Of a stretch of DNA of 59,889 bases, positions 20,241-29,491 are shown piece by piece. The first letter of the stretch is position 1, and each line of letters opens with the position of its first letter. A program made the position numbers and the translations under genes. Origin of the DNA: Chryseobacterium sp. GTDB taxonomy: Bacteria > Bacteroidota > Bacteroidia > Flavobacteriales > Weeksellaceae. The notes beneath the pieces were generated by a model that did not search any database, had not been told where the DNA came from, and saw nothing but the letters and a program-made list of their open reading frames with translations. The stretch is taken from contig NZ_JALAHD010000085.1 in NCBI RefSeq assembly GCF_022712095.1, forward strand, positions 1-59,889, written 5' to 3'.

Positions 20241-21488
20241 TTATTTTTTATTTTTCATGGCCTGCTGAACTCTTCCCGATGCAGAACCTGCCGCAGCAGA
20301 TTTTACAGCCGTAGTCGCTACAGAAGCACCTCCGGTTTTAACAGCCAGAACCGCAGTTTTAGCACTGCCCGCCATTTTGCCCATAGCACTTTTCATCTTC
20401 GTCATAGCTCCGGCTCCTCCTGCTGACACAATGGTATCTGCAATCGTAGGGGTCATCAAAACCCCGATTCCAGTAACGATATAAGCTACGCACGTAAAAA
20501 GCTGGTTGTAGATCATTCCCGAATTACTAACATAGACCATTAGGGCATCCAAATTGGTTACCGTTCCATTCGTTAAAAGCGTGTCATACCTTTCTATTTC
20601 CATCATATAGCCGGAAGCGATAAGCTGCTGGCCAATGTTGATAATGGTATAAGCCACAAAAGTGTAGAGATTGATATTGATGAATTTGGAAACCCAATTG
20701 TAGAAGGAACTTTCAAATCCCGGAACAAGAGCCATTCCCACGGCAATAGGACCTAATATAATAAGGATATAGGCCCATATTTTCTGGATAAAGAAAATAA
20801 GGTAGACACAAATTCTCAGAATGGAAAGGCAGATAAACTCAATGACTTCAGCCACCAATTTCTGCATCTGAAACTGCATCCTCAGCTGCCACTCCTTAAT
20901 AGGCTGGATGAGCTTATCCAATCCCTCACTGATATCAAACCAGGAATCATCGGCATCTTTTCCGGTATTCTCAATAACTTCCTGCTTGGCATCTTCATCC
21001 GCTTTGAGCTTTATAACAGCGTCTAACAATTGCTGTTGTTTTTTGAAGCGCTGCACCCGAAGATCATTAACCTCAGATTCTATATCGCTGAAAATGCTGA
21101 TTCCCGGTTCTGCAATGGCTTCAAAGGGAGCCTGTATCAGATTGACAAATCCCGTCCAATAGATCAGGGTGAATCCGATCAGGATTGGTTTCAGCATCGG
21201 GGTAATTTCCCATTCCCGGTCTCCGGCAGCCATCTGCCATCCCATGTATCCGAGGTACATTAAAGCCCCTAATCCGCCAATGGCTTTTCCAACCAATGCG
21301 GCATCATTAGCATTGTCCTGAACACTGGTATCCAGTTTGGTAAATACCTCCATGAACCATTTCTCAAAAGCACCATCACCTTTCAGGAACTGGAGTAAAT
21401 TGCTGTAATCGCCATCGGTCTGGGCAAAGCCCATTACCGGCAATAAAAGAGCCAGAAGGCAACAGCATAAGGTTACTATCTTATTCAT
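20241..21488 (-). CDS. traJ: Conjugative transposon TraJ (VirB6-like)
   Basis: Polytopic membrane protein, ILIILGPIA...PGF...WVSKFI, PTIADTIVSAGG; upstream of traK. Confidence 0.85.
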   Translation of the reverse strand: MNKIVTLCCCLLALLLPVMGFAQTDGDYSNLLQFLKGDGAFEKWFMEVFTKLDTSVQDNANDAALVGKAIGGLGALMYLGYMGWQMAAGDREWEITPMLKPILIGFTLIYWTGFVNLIQAPFEAIAEPGISIFSDIESEVNDLRVQRFKKQQQLLDAVIKLKADEDAKQEVIENTGKDADDSWFDISEGLDKLIQPIKEWQLRMQFQMQKLVAEVIEFICLSILRICVYLIFFIQKIWAYILIILGPIAVGMALVPGFESSFYNWVSKFININLYTFVAYTIINIGQQLIASGYMMEIERYDTLLTNGTVTNLDALMVYVSNSGMIYNQLFTCVAYIVTGIGVLMTPTIADTIVSAGGAGAMTKMKSAMGKMAGSAKTAVLAVKTGGASVATTAVKSAAAGSASGRVQQAMKNKK

Positions 21489-21489
21489 C

Positions 21490-22320
21490 TTAATATCGGT
21501 GTTTGTATTGATTCATAATATTTTGAATAATCTGCTGACCTGACGTCGGCGTCCAACTTGTAGGCAATGCATATGGAGAATGATTTTTCAGGATATTTTT
21601 ATAATCCAGAAGAAGGGTCGTTTTGTTATTATGTTTCCTTAATTCCTGAACAAATTTTCTCCAACGAAGGAGGGTTTCGTGATACATCAGGAAGCGCTTT
21701 CCCCTTGGCATATCCATAGACCGGGACATCGAATATTTTTCTTTGATCATATCCAGTTCCTGCTGAAGCCTTTTTAGGGTTCCTATACTATTAAGCGTTT
21801 CATAAGTTTGCTCATCTTTCAGCCTCCATTCCACAAAATTCTGCGGGGTATCAGGGAATTCAGTAATGGGCTTTAACATTCGCTTGTAATACAAAAGCCA
21901 GAGAGGATCGGCATCTACGGCAGCAGAAGTCCAATGGGCAAAATCCTGGACACTCCTTTTGTAAATGGTGTCGGAAGCTGCTTTTATTTTTTGGGCTTCC
22001 TGCTCCTCATATTTCACTTCAGCAAATCGCTGATTTTGTACTCCTGTGGGTTTTAAGGGCCTTATATCGTCTCCGTCTTTATAATCCCTGTTGATTTTGG
22101 GTGCCCACATTCCCCACACCGTGGCATAGGCAAAATTGGTCTGAACTCCCAGGAAATATTTAGGGTACGGGCGCCAGTCTCCCCAGCTTTCAAAAACCAT
22201 ACGCTTGTGCTGGGCAACAATGGCAGGGTCATTGAGGCGTTTTACACTCAGTTGTGCGGATACGGCAGCAGCTACAAGCAGTAATTGCAGCCTGATTAAT
22301 TGTATGAATAAGTTTTCCAT
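21490..22320 (-). CDS. Secreted helical conjugation protein
   Basis: Signal peptide; C-terminal MPRGKRFLMY helical bundle; tra operon. Confidence 0.7.
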   Translation of the reverse strand: MENLFIQLIRLQLLLVAAAVSAQLSVKRLNDPAIVAQHKRMVFESWGDWRPYPKYFLGVQTNFAYATVWGMWAPKINRDYKDGDDIRPLKPTGVQNQRFAEVKYEEQEAQKIKAASDTIYKRSVQDFAHWTSAAVDADPLWLLYYKRMLKPITEFPDTPQNFVEWRLKDEQTYETLNSIGTLKRLQQELDMIKEKYSMSRSMDMPRGKRFLMYHETLLRWRKFVQELRKHNNKTTLLLDYKNILKNHSPYALPTSWTPTSGQQIIQNIMNQYKHRY

Positions 22321-22324
22321 TGTT

Positions 22325-22990
22325 TTAATTAAAAATGTATTTGTATTTCTGAATAATGTCTCCCACTATGGCTCTGTCGATATTGATGTAATTTCTAAGT
22401 ACAGGAACCTGATAGAGATAGGGGATCTTCTTTGCGTTCTGTAGCCGTAAAATGATATAGAGAATATTGCCGTTGATATTCCTGACCCTTGTCAGTACCT
22501 TTTCAATGAGCATTTCCCGATCCATAGCATCCATCAGAAAATCTTTGTTTTCATTCAGAATATCCTGAGTGACCTCCTGTTGGAGCTTCAGGGCTTGCTG
22601 TCCTATAGCAGCATAATATTTTGAAACCAGCACGGCATATTCCGGATGTTGTATTGATAAATCCAGCATGATATTGGAGTTGCTTACAATTTTCCCCAGA
22701 TACTGATAGAGATAGATGAGCTTTTTACTTTGGGTAAGGGCTGAATTGACATTTTTAAGCTGCTGGTAGATATATTCCTGAATGGCAATCACCTGGGCTG
22801 TTTTGTTTTTAATCTCGTTATAGAGCTCATTTTGCTTTTCATAAGAGTCTAAAAAAGCCTGCTCACTCCCTAAACGAACGCCATGATTAACGGTAATCTG
22901 GGACAGCAGCTTATCATTGATCACGATCTGCTGGCTTTTTACGGAAACGCCTGAAAATACTAGGGTTCCAAAAAAAAATATTTTTTTCAT
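22325..22990 (-). CDS. Secreted helical conjugation protein (TraI/VirB5-like)
   Basis: Signal peptide, LKNVNS, HPEYA, MDAMDR, YINIDRAIV. Confidence 0.7.
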   Translation of the reverse strand: MKKIFFFGTLVFSGVSVKSQQIVINDKLLSQITVNHGVRLGSEQAFLDSYEKQNELYNEIKNKTAQVIAIQEYIYQQLKNVNSALTQSKKLIYLYQYLGKIVSNSNIMLDLSIQHPEYAVLVSKYYAAIGQQALKLQQEVTQDILNENKDFLMDAMDREMLIEKVLTRVRNINGNILYIILRLQNAKKIPYLYQVPVLRNYINIDRAIVGDIIQKYKYIFN

Positions 22991-22992
22991 TT

Positions 22993-23751
22993 TTAAAAGG
23001 ATTTAATGTTCTTCATAATGTTCTCCACCACTTGCTTATCCCTGTTGACGTAATACTGGAAAGCTCTTTTATTGCGCAGTACTTTAGCTTTAATATCCCG
23101 TATTTTTAAAAGCATATGGGTTGAGTTCCTGCTCAGGGTTTTAACCTCCCCTAGCGCATAGTCCAGCAAAATCTTGCGTTCCGATTTTTCCATTTGATTG
23201 ATTGCCCCATAAGAGAGGATAATTCCGGTGATTAAGCGGAGTACCATTTGTAAATCATCCACATACTGTACTCCGGAAGGTAGCACCGTCACAATGGAGT
23301 AAGGTGCGGTTTCAATTTCATCAATAATGGCTGCCTGGTTTTGAGTGATCTTACCTATCTCCCGGCTTATTGCTACTCCTGTTGGGATTGCCTGCAAGGC
23401 AAATGAAACAATCCTTAGCCTGTCCTGTATTTTAACAACCTTATCCTTAAAGCTGTTCCACTCGTTTTTATTAACCGTTTCAATACCGGCATTCAGGGCC
23501 TGGTTTTGCCTCATCTCCTTTTGCCTGTCATGCTCTTTCATTGTGGCACTAATTTCCAGATCCATCATCGGAAAGGAAACATTTTCTTTTTGCCAGGCGG
23601 GTGTAGATCCTCCTCCTGAAGAAATTAATGCCACATAAACTGCCGGAATCAACAAGCTTAGAAAAATTTTCTTTTTGCCTCCATAAAGTCGGCGAATCTC
23701 ATTCTTCGATGTACCTCCTATGAGTCGGTGAATCTCGTTTCTCGATTTCAT
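22993..23751 (-). CDS. Secreted helical conjugation protein (TraI/VirB5-like)
   Basis: Signal/TM segment, MEKSERK, YVNRDKQVV. Confidence 0.7.
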   Translation of the reverse strand: MKSRNEIHRLIGGTSKNEIRRLYGGKKKIFLSLLIPAVYVALISSGGGSTPAWQKENVSFPMMDLEISATMKEHDRQKEMRQNQALNAGIETVNKNEWNSFKDKVVKIQDRLRIVSFALQAIPTGVAISREIGKITQNQAAIIDEIETAPYSIVTVLPSGVQYVDDLQMVLRLITGIILSYGAINQMEKSERKILLDYALGEVKTLSRNSTHMLLKIRDIKAKVLRNKRAFQYYVNRDKQVVENIMKNIKSF

Positions 23752-23761
23752 GTTAAAAACT

Positions 23762-24421
23762 TTAAAAGTTGTGTTTGTATCGGTTCATGATATCTTCAAC
23801 AATGGCTTTATCCGTGTTGATATAGCCCGCAAAAGGATTAATGGAGTTCCAGAATCCCAGTCTGTTGGCTTTTTCCAATCGCAGCTTGATAGCCAACAGC
23901 CACAGCTTTAGATTTTTTACGTTTCCCGAGATGTTATGCAGTATCTTATAGCGGTCTCCTGCCGTAGCGAGGTTGAGCTCTCCTGAAGCCAGGATGTCTG
24001 ATACATCTGTTACGATTTTCAGGCTCTGCTCATAGGTTTTTTGCGAGGCTTTAACCCCGAAAATGGCATATTGGGGATGGGCGGAAGCCAGTTGAACAAC
24101 ATCCGAAGAGTACCCGTAGCATTTATTAAGTTCCGTGTAAATCTCTTTTACCTGAATCCCGTTTTGCAGGGTTCCTGAAACTTCTTTTAAGCCTTTGAGT
24201 ATTTTATTCTGGATATCATTGGTGGCTACCATCTGGGTTCCTACCCAGGTTTGGGCATCTTTCAGCTTGGAAGTTTCATCGATAACTTCATTCTGCTTTG
24301 CTTTCAGGTTTTCTGAATACAGGATCATCGCTGCTGTTACGGTAGGGTCTATGTACGTGTTTTGAGCATACACTACACTTCCAAATCCTAAAAATAGTAA
24401 GCTAAACTTTTTCATATTCAT
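23762..24421 (-). CDS. Secreted helical conjugation protein (TraI/VirB5-like)
   Basis: Signal peptide, LKEVSG, HPQYA, ATAGDR, YINTDKAIV. Confidence 0.7.
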   Translation of the reverse strand: MNMKKFSLLFLGFGSVVYAQNTYIDPTVTAAMILYSENLKAKQNEVIDETSKLKDAQTWVGTQMVATNDIQNKILKGLKEVSGTLQNGIQVKEIYTELNKCYGYSSDVVQLASAHPQYAIFGVKASQKTYEQSLKIVTDVSDILASGELNLATAGDRYKILHNISGNVKNLKLWLLAIKLRLEKANRLGFWNSINPFAGYINTDKAIVEDIMNRYKHNF

Positions 24422-27400
24422 GGGTTTGTCTGTTGATTAATTCCGAAAGGCTGATGTTATGATCTTCCAATTCCTGGGAGATAATTTTGAAAATATTTTT
24501 ACCAAGATTCACCTTCCGGTTCTTTAGTCCGTGGTAGAATGCAAGGACTTTTGAGTCCAAAGGCTTTTGATAGAGGTTTACTAAGGAAACCATACTTCCC
24601 ATATCATCCCCGAAGCTTTTCACCTGTTCTACAAAAATTTCTAAGGCTTTATCATAATTTCCATATTGTTGTACATAGTATTCAACAGCCGACTTTTCGG
24701 GTTTTTCCGTGGTGTAGGTCAAATATTGCTCGAGGGCCACTTCATTGCCGTATACTTCTCCCTTAGAACCTCTTTTGAGATAAAATTCCTTGAAGCGGCT
24801 TCGCCCGAACTTATTATTTAAGTTGTTGATCGTGAAGATCTTGTTCTGTTCTACTTTATTCAGAGATAATAGTGACGCTATGCGATCAAAATTGTCTTTG
24901 AATTTGGTCTGATCCAAAAGGATAAACGTATCGGAATTGTTGATAATGCTGTCTTTTACTACGGCATTTCCGATAATATCGTCCAGTTCCTGGGTCACCA
25001 CCACTGCTTCCCCCCAGAATTTCCGTACGGTTTTATACAAATACAAAATGTATCCTCCCATCAGCTTACTGGCGATAGCTTTCCATGCTTCTTCGATGAT
25101 CAGGGCTTTGCGACGGTCTTTTCTCAGTCTCATCTTCTGGATAAAAGTATCCATAATGATGAGTGTTACAATGGGGAAAAGTTTTGGGTTCTCCTTAACA
25201 TTATCGATCTCGAATACAATGAAAGGTTCACTAAATAAGGTATTGTCAGCACTTTCATTAAGCGTGGTTCCGTATCTTCCGCCTTTGTAAAAATCTCTTA
25301 ATACAAATAGAAATGTCCTAAGATTAAATTCCGTCTCTCTGATTTTATGCTTTTTGTTATTCAGGTAAAGAGGCAGGAATTTTTCGCAGTATTCATAAAA
25401 GCCGTTAAAGGAAAGTTCTTTTATAACAAGCTTCTCTTCCAGCTCCTTAATTTTTTTAATCAGGGCTTTCCTAAAGGATTCATTCCATTCTTCAGTATCT
25501 TTGGGCTGCTGTATGATTTCATTTGCCTGAATGAGAATCAGCTGGGTTTCGTTATAAGCTTTACGTTTTTCCTCATCACTCAGGGTTTCATAAGCTTCAT
25601 AGATTGTATAAAATTTCTCGCTGTCATAATCGGGGTTATTCAGATTTTTATCGGGGTGGTATTCAATAGCCAGTTTTCTAAAGGCTTCTTTCACTTCATC
25701 AAAGCCAGCATCAAAGGCAATTCCCAGAATATCATAATAGGTATGTTGTCCTCTGGACTGCTCTTCGTATACTGCATAAACATCTTCTTCATGAATATTA
25801 TATTTGCTTAAATAGAGAATGAGTTCTTCCGAGGTTTTATTTTCGTACCACTTCGTTCCCGAATTAAAGTACTGGTGGTAATACGACATCAGGACATTAT
25901 CTAATATGGATTTTTGTGTGGAGGACATCGTAGCATCAGCTCCCTGCCAGATCAAAAAGATTAGGTTAGTTAAAAACTCTATTTTTTCAATATTGAATTC
26001 TTTTTGGTCCATCAGGAAAGGATTCATCGTAATAGGTTTTTCCTCCGTATATTGGATATATCTTCCGCCTTTATATTTGCAGGTTCCCGAATAGGAATCT
26101 CCGGTATCTACGATCACGACATCATAATTGTAGGTAAGGTATTGCTCCACGATATTATTCATTAAAAAACTCTTGCCTGAGCCGCTGGGTCCCAGCACAA
26201 ACTTGTTACGGTTATTGATTCTTCCGGTTTTCATCGGTAAATCCGAGGGATCAACTTTTAGGGGAACGCCCTGCCGGTCGGTAAATCTGAGGTAGAAGCC
26301 ACTTTCTTCATTCACGGGGTAGCTTTCTTTAAAAAAAAAACAAAGCGCCGCTTCACTCGTCGTCATAAATAAATCGTATTCCCGAAGTTCCGTGGCATTG
26401 CCCGGTAGGGCTGCCCGGAAAAGCTCCAGTTGGTTATAGGCATTCCTTGAAACTATGATCCCCTTGGTAAACAGCTTATTTTCAATCAGGGACTGTGTCC
26501 CTTCCATTTCTTCCAGCGTGTTTGTTGAAAATAGTAAGGAAAAATGGGCATTGACAATAAGTTGGCTGTCTATGGCTATATGATGAAGCAAGCTCTGGAT
26601 TTCTTCGGCAATAATGGCATTGGAAGGGGAATTGTTCGCCGCTCCTTCGTGCTTTTTCCTTTTTTTGTCGAGTTCCCTTTGCTGCTGTGCCTGATGTGGA
26701 ATGGTAATGACCTGGTTGTAGATGATCGTTTCATAATCTTCCAGCTCATTGATGAAAGTAAAATTATCCACTGCTGTTTCGGCAGCGGCTCCGTTTCCTC
26801 CCAGTATGGAATAAGGTTCAATTTCAGAAGGCAGGTCAATGTTTTCCACATCGACATAGGAAATATTTTTAACAAAGCGATTGCCTATTTGCAAATATTC
26901 ATTAGTACTTCTGATATTGTCAAAAACCGGGGTACCCGAAAACTGCATGGATAAGGCTCCGGAAATATAATACTCAAAATCTTTCTCGAATAAAAACTCC
27001 GGTTCACAGTTATTTTGCTTCAACAGCATAAATACCTTCTGGCATTTGTCCCGGAGTTCTTTATAACTCTTTTCTGTTACATTGCCACCGGTCGCTGACC
27101 GGCCGGTTTTTTTATTTTTATCATGAATAATATCCGTAAACAGCAGGACGGTTTCAATGGTTTTAAAAAGCCGCCCGTCAAAATGCTCGGAATATTTCTG
27201 TTGTAGGAACTCCTTGGAAGGTTCGGCTGAATATTTCTTTTTTGAGAAAATATCAAGCTTCTGAACAATTCTCCCTTCCCCGATGATGGATACCATCTGG
27301 TTCAGAACCGTATGGAAATGGAGATAATAATCCGGGTCTGCCGAATATTGTTCCACCATATTTTTTATCTTTATCCCAATTATTGGGTTTCCGTACTGAC

Positions 27401-27491
27401 CGAAAAGAACATCAAAATCCCAATGGTGATCTTTTCCATAATCATACCCGATGAAAGGAATATTAAATGCCTGTTTTTTTGTTGTTGCCAT
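24402..27491 (-). CDS. traG: TraG/VirB4 conjugative ATPase containing an internal DnaJ domain
   Basis: NRNKFVLGPSGSGKSF, IIEEAWKAI, KTVRKFWGEA; J-domain YYDILG...YHPDKN...AYETLSD at about 25551-25742. Confidence 0.93.
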   Translation of the reverse strand: MATTKKQAFNIPFIGYDYGKDHHWDFDVLFGQYGNPIIGIKIKNMVEQYSADPDYYLHFHTVLNQMVSIIGEGRIVQKLDIFSKKKYSAEPSKEFLQQKYSEHFDGRLFKTIETVLLFTDIIHDKNKKTGRSATGGNVTEKSYKELRDKCQKVFMLLKQNNCEPEFLFEKDFEYYISGALSMQFSGTPVFDNIRSTNEYLQIGNRFVKNISYVDVENIDLPSEIEPYSILGGNGAAAETAVDNFTFINELEDYETIIYNQVITIPHQAQQQRELDKKRKKHEGAANNSPSNAIIAEEIQSLLHHIAIDSQLIVNAHFSLLFSTNTLEEMEGTQSLIENKLFTKGIIVSRNAYNQLELFRAALPGNATELREYDLFMTTSEAALCFFFKESYPVNEESGFYLRFTDRQGVPLKVDPSDLPMKTGRINNRNKFVLGPSGSGKSFLMNNIVEQYLTYNYDVVIVDTGDSYSGTCKYKGGRYIQYTEEKPITMNPFLMDQKEFNIEKIEFLTNLIFLIWQGADATMSSTQKSILDNVLMSYYHQYFNSGTKWYENKTSEELILYLSKYNIHEEDVYAVYEEQSRGQHTYYDILGIAFDAGFDEVKEAFRKLAIEYHPDKNLNNPDYDSEKFYTIYEAYETLSDEEKRKAYNETQLILIQANEIIQQPKDTEEWNESFRKALIKKIKELEEKLVIKELSFNGFYEYCEKFLPLYLNNKKHKIRETEFNLRTFLFVLRDFYKGGRYGTTLNESADNTLFSEPFIVFEIDNVKENPKLFPIVTLIIMDTFIQKMRLRKDRRKALIIEEAWKAIASKLMGGYILYLYKTVRKFWGEAVVVTQELDDIIGNAVVKDSIINNSDTFILLDQTKFKDNFDRIASLLSLNKVEQNKIFTINNLNNKFGRSRFKEFYLKRGSKGEVYGNEVALEQYLTYTTEKPEKSAVEYYVQQYGNYDKALEIFVEQVKSFGDDMGSMVSLVNLYQKPLDSKVLAFYHGLKNRKVNLGKNIFKIISQELEDHNISLSELINRQTHEYEKV

Positions 27492-27777
27492 GCTGTAAAA
27501 ATCTTTTGTTGTTCAACCTTTTAGGAAAAATGAAAATCTGACCGAAGTTTTTAGTTTTATCGTACAGGCCATGCTTATCCTGTCTTTTGAAAATGAGATA
27601 TACCCCGCCTCCGGTGGCTGCAAGTCCCAATAAAGAGCCCAGTAATCCAAACCTGGATAAGATGAGCGCGGCTATGACTCCACCTCCGATAACACCCACC
27701 GCATAGAAAATATATTTTCCTTTGAGTCCGAAGAATACAAGAGGCTTTTTGAGCCCCTTGTAGAGGTAGAATCCCAT
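27463..27777 (-). CDS. traF: TraF-like (DUF4133, VirB3-like)
   Basis: YKGLKKPLVFFGLKGKYI, two TM helices. Confidence 0.85.
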   Translation of the reverse strand: MGFYLYKGLKKPLVFFGLKGKYIFYAVGVIGGGVIAALILSRFGLLGSLLGLAATGGGVYLIFKRQDKHGLYDKTKNFGQIFIFPKRLNNKRFLQHGNNKKTGI

Positions 27778-27780
27778 AAC

Positions 27781-28101
27781 TTAAGCAAAGAATGAGGTTA
27801 CAAATTCCGGAACGACAATCAGGAAGATCATGGCTCCCCCATAACCCAGGATTTCTTTGTTCACATCCTGATCACCGTTAGTCCATTTGTTATACACTCT
27901 AAGACCTCCGATGAAGCCGACCAGTCCGCCCACCGCTTTCAAAATCAGTTTGATGGGATCCCAATAGTCCTTAATATCATTGGCTGCATTGGAGATGGCT
28001 GTTGCTCCGCCCTGGGCAAATATGGGAGTGACGGCAAGGAGAATCATACAGGCAGTTAATATCTTTTTTACTGCCATATAGCGTTTTAAATTATTGTTCA
28101 T
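27781..28101 (-). CDS. traE: TraE-like pilin (DUF4134, VirB2-like)
   Basis: GGLVGFIGGLRVYNKWTNGDQDV. Confidence 0.9.
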   Translation of the reverse strand: MNNNLKRYMAVKKILTACMILLAVTPIFAQGGATAISNAANDIKDYWDPIKLILKAVGGLVGFIGGLRVYNKWTNGDQDVNKEILGYGGAMIFLIVVPEFVTSFFA

Positions 28102-28217
28102 AATGATTAATTATTGGTTTAGAATTAAATTTTGTGCTTAGAAATTGGCATAAGGGGTATGCTATCCGTATCAGTTGATAGGATGATATTTGGTAATTTT
28201 AAAAGGTTTCTTACTGC

Positions 28218-28754
28218 TTAAATGACGGAGTGGTAGACCTTCTGGCCATCGTAATTAGCCACTAGCTGCACGGTGGTTTCCGATAAATTCAAAAGCTCTT
28301 TCCAATGGGACTTTTTAGGCTCAGCCTTTTCCTGTTTGGAATGCTCTACTGGTTTGTCGGGCATATCCTGAGGTTGGCTTGTGTTATCGGGCTGGCTCTC
28401 TTCTTCTGGTGCTGCTGTGGTATCGTTCACCGGTGCTGGCAGATCATCAATATCCTGCTCTGCTTCAAATCGCTTTCTCATCTCTTCTAAATCCGGCTGC
28501 TGGTCAGTAGAAGATGGTCTTTGGAAATCAAGCTCCTTTTTTAAAAAGGATTTGGGGGTACTAAGGTTTTCAACATCTTCAATTCCAATCCGGCTTGGAG
28601 GTTTAGCATTACTTTGTGCAAAACCGCCCAGTGAAAATTCTTCAGCCAGATCGACATGAGTGATCTTATCTTTTTTTAAGAAAAGGTCGTACAGGATATT
28701 TCCGGCATAATACAGGAAATAAGCTGCTAACAGGATGAGTGAATACTTTATCAT
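28218..28754 (-). CDS. Membrane-anchored hypothetical conjugation protein
   Basis: AYFLYYAGNILYDLF N-terminal anchor, acidic disordered body. Confidence 0.7.
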   Translation of the reverse strand: MIKYSLILLAAYFLYYAGNILYDLFLKKDKITHVDLAEEFSLGGFAQSNAKPPSRIGIEDVENLSTPKSFLKKELDFQRPSSTDQQPDLEEMRKRFEAEQDIDDLPAPVNDTTAAPEEESQPDNTSQPQDMPDKPVEHSKQEKAEPKKSHWKELLNLSETTVQLVANYDGQKVYHSVI

Positions 28755-28787
28755 ATTTTTTATTTTGTTTTTTCTTTGGAATCAGCC

Positions 28788-29441
28788 TTACAGGGTAATT
28801 TGTAATGCTTCACTTATTTGCTCAATGATTTCATTGAATGGCTTTTTTATGGCGTATCGCTGCTCGTAGGTAAGCTTCCTCGTATTAATGGTCTGCAAAC
28901 AGTTCCTTTTGTACACAGTGCTTACAATCAGGGTTCCGTATTTTGCGATCTCAATATCCATTTCCCTTTGGTTGAGATATTTATACCCTTTATCATATTT
29001 AGATCGGATGAAAATCCTTTCGGCCTCACTTTCGAGTAAACCCAGCAGGTTTTTGAATACCAGGGTCGATTTTACCGATACATCGGAGTATTCAAAGGGA
29101 ATGATAATAAAATCGCTGTAAATGAGTAAGTCACTGTATTTCTGGTCCAGCGTGCCTGCCAGATCAAACAGGTATATTTCCTCACTTTCCTTAAGACCTA
29201 TAATTTTTTCCAGATCGGCAAAAGGCTGCTCTTCTTCATCGTCTCCAATGAGCTCCACTTCATAAAGCCTGGGCAGCTCTGAATCTTCGTCCTCTTTCCA
29301 TTTGTTGAAAAAAGATTTCTGAAAATCAAAATCATACGCCTTGATTTTCCTTTGGGAAACCTCACAAAGGTAATTGGCAAAGGCAATGGCAAGAGTGGTT
29401 TTTCCCGCTCCGCCCTTTTGGGTGGCAAAGGTGATAATCAT
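28788..29441 (-). CDS. ParA-family ATPase (TraA-like)
   Basis: FATQKGGAGKTT deviant Walker A, DFDFQ, FDLAGT. Confidence 0.88.
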   Translation of the reverse strand: MIITFATQKGGAGKTTLAIAFANYLCEVSQRKIKAYDFDFQKSFFNKWKEDEDSELPRLYEVELIGDDEEEQPFADLEKIIGLKESEEIYLFDLAGTLDQKYSDLLIYSDFIIIPFEYSDVSVKSTLVFKNLLGLLESEAERIFIRSKYDKGYKYLNQREMDIEIAKYGTLIVSTVYKRNCLQTINTRKLTYEQRYAIKKPFNEIIEQISEALQITL

Positions 29442-29491
29442 AGTTTTAAATCGCTAATGTTTAATGGGAAGCCGAACTTCGGCACTTCGGG

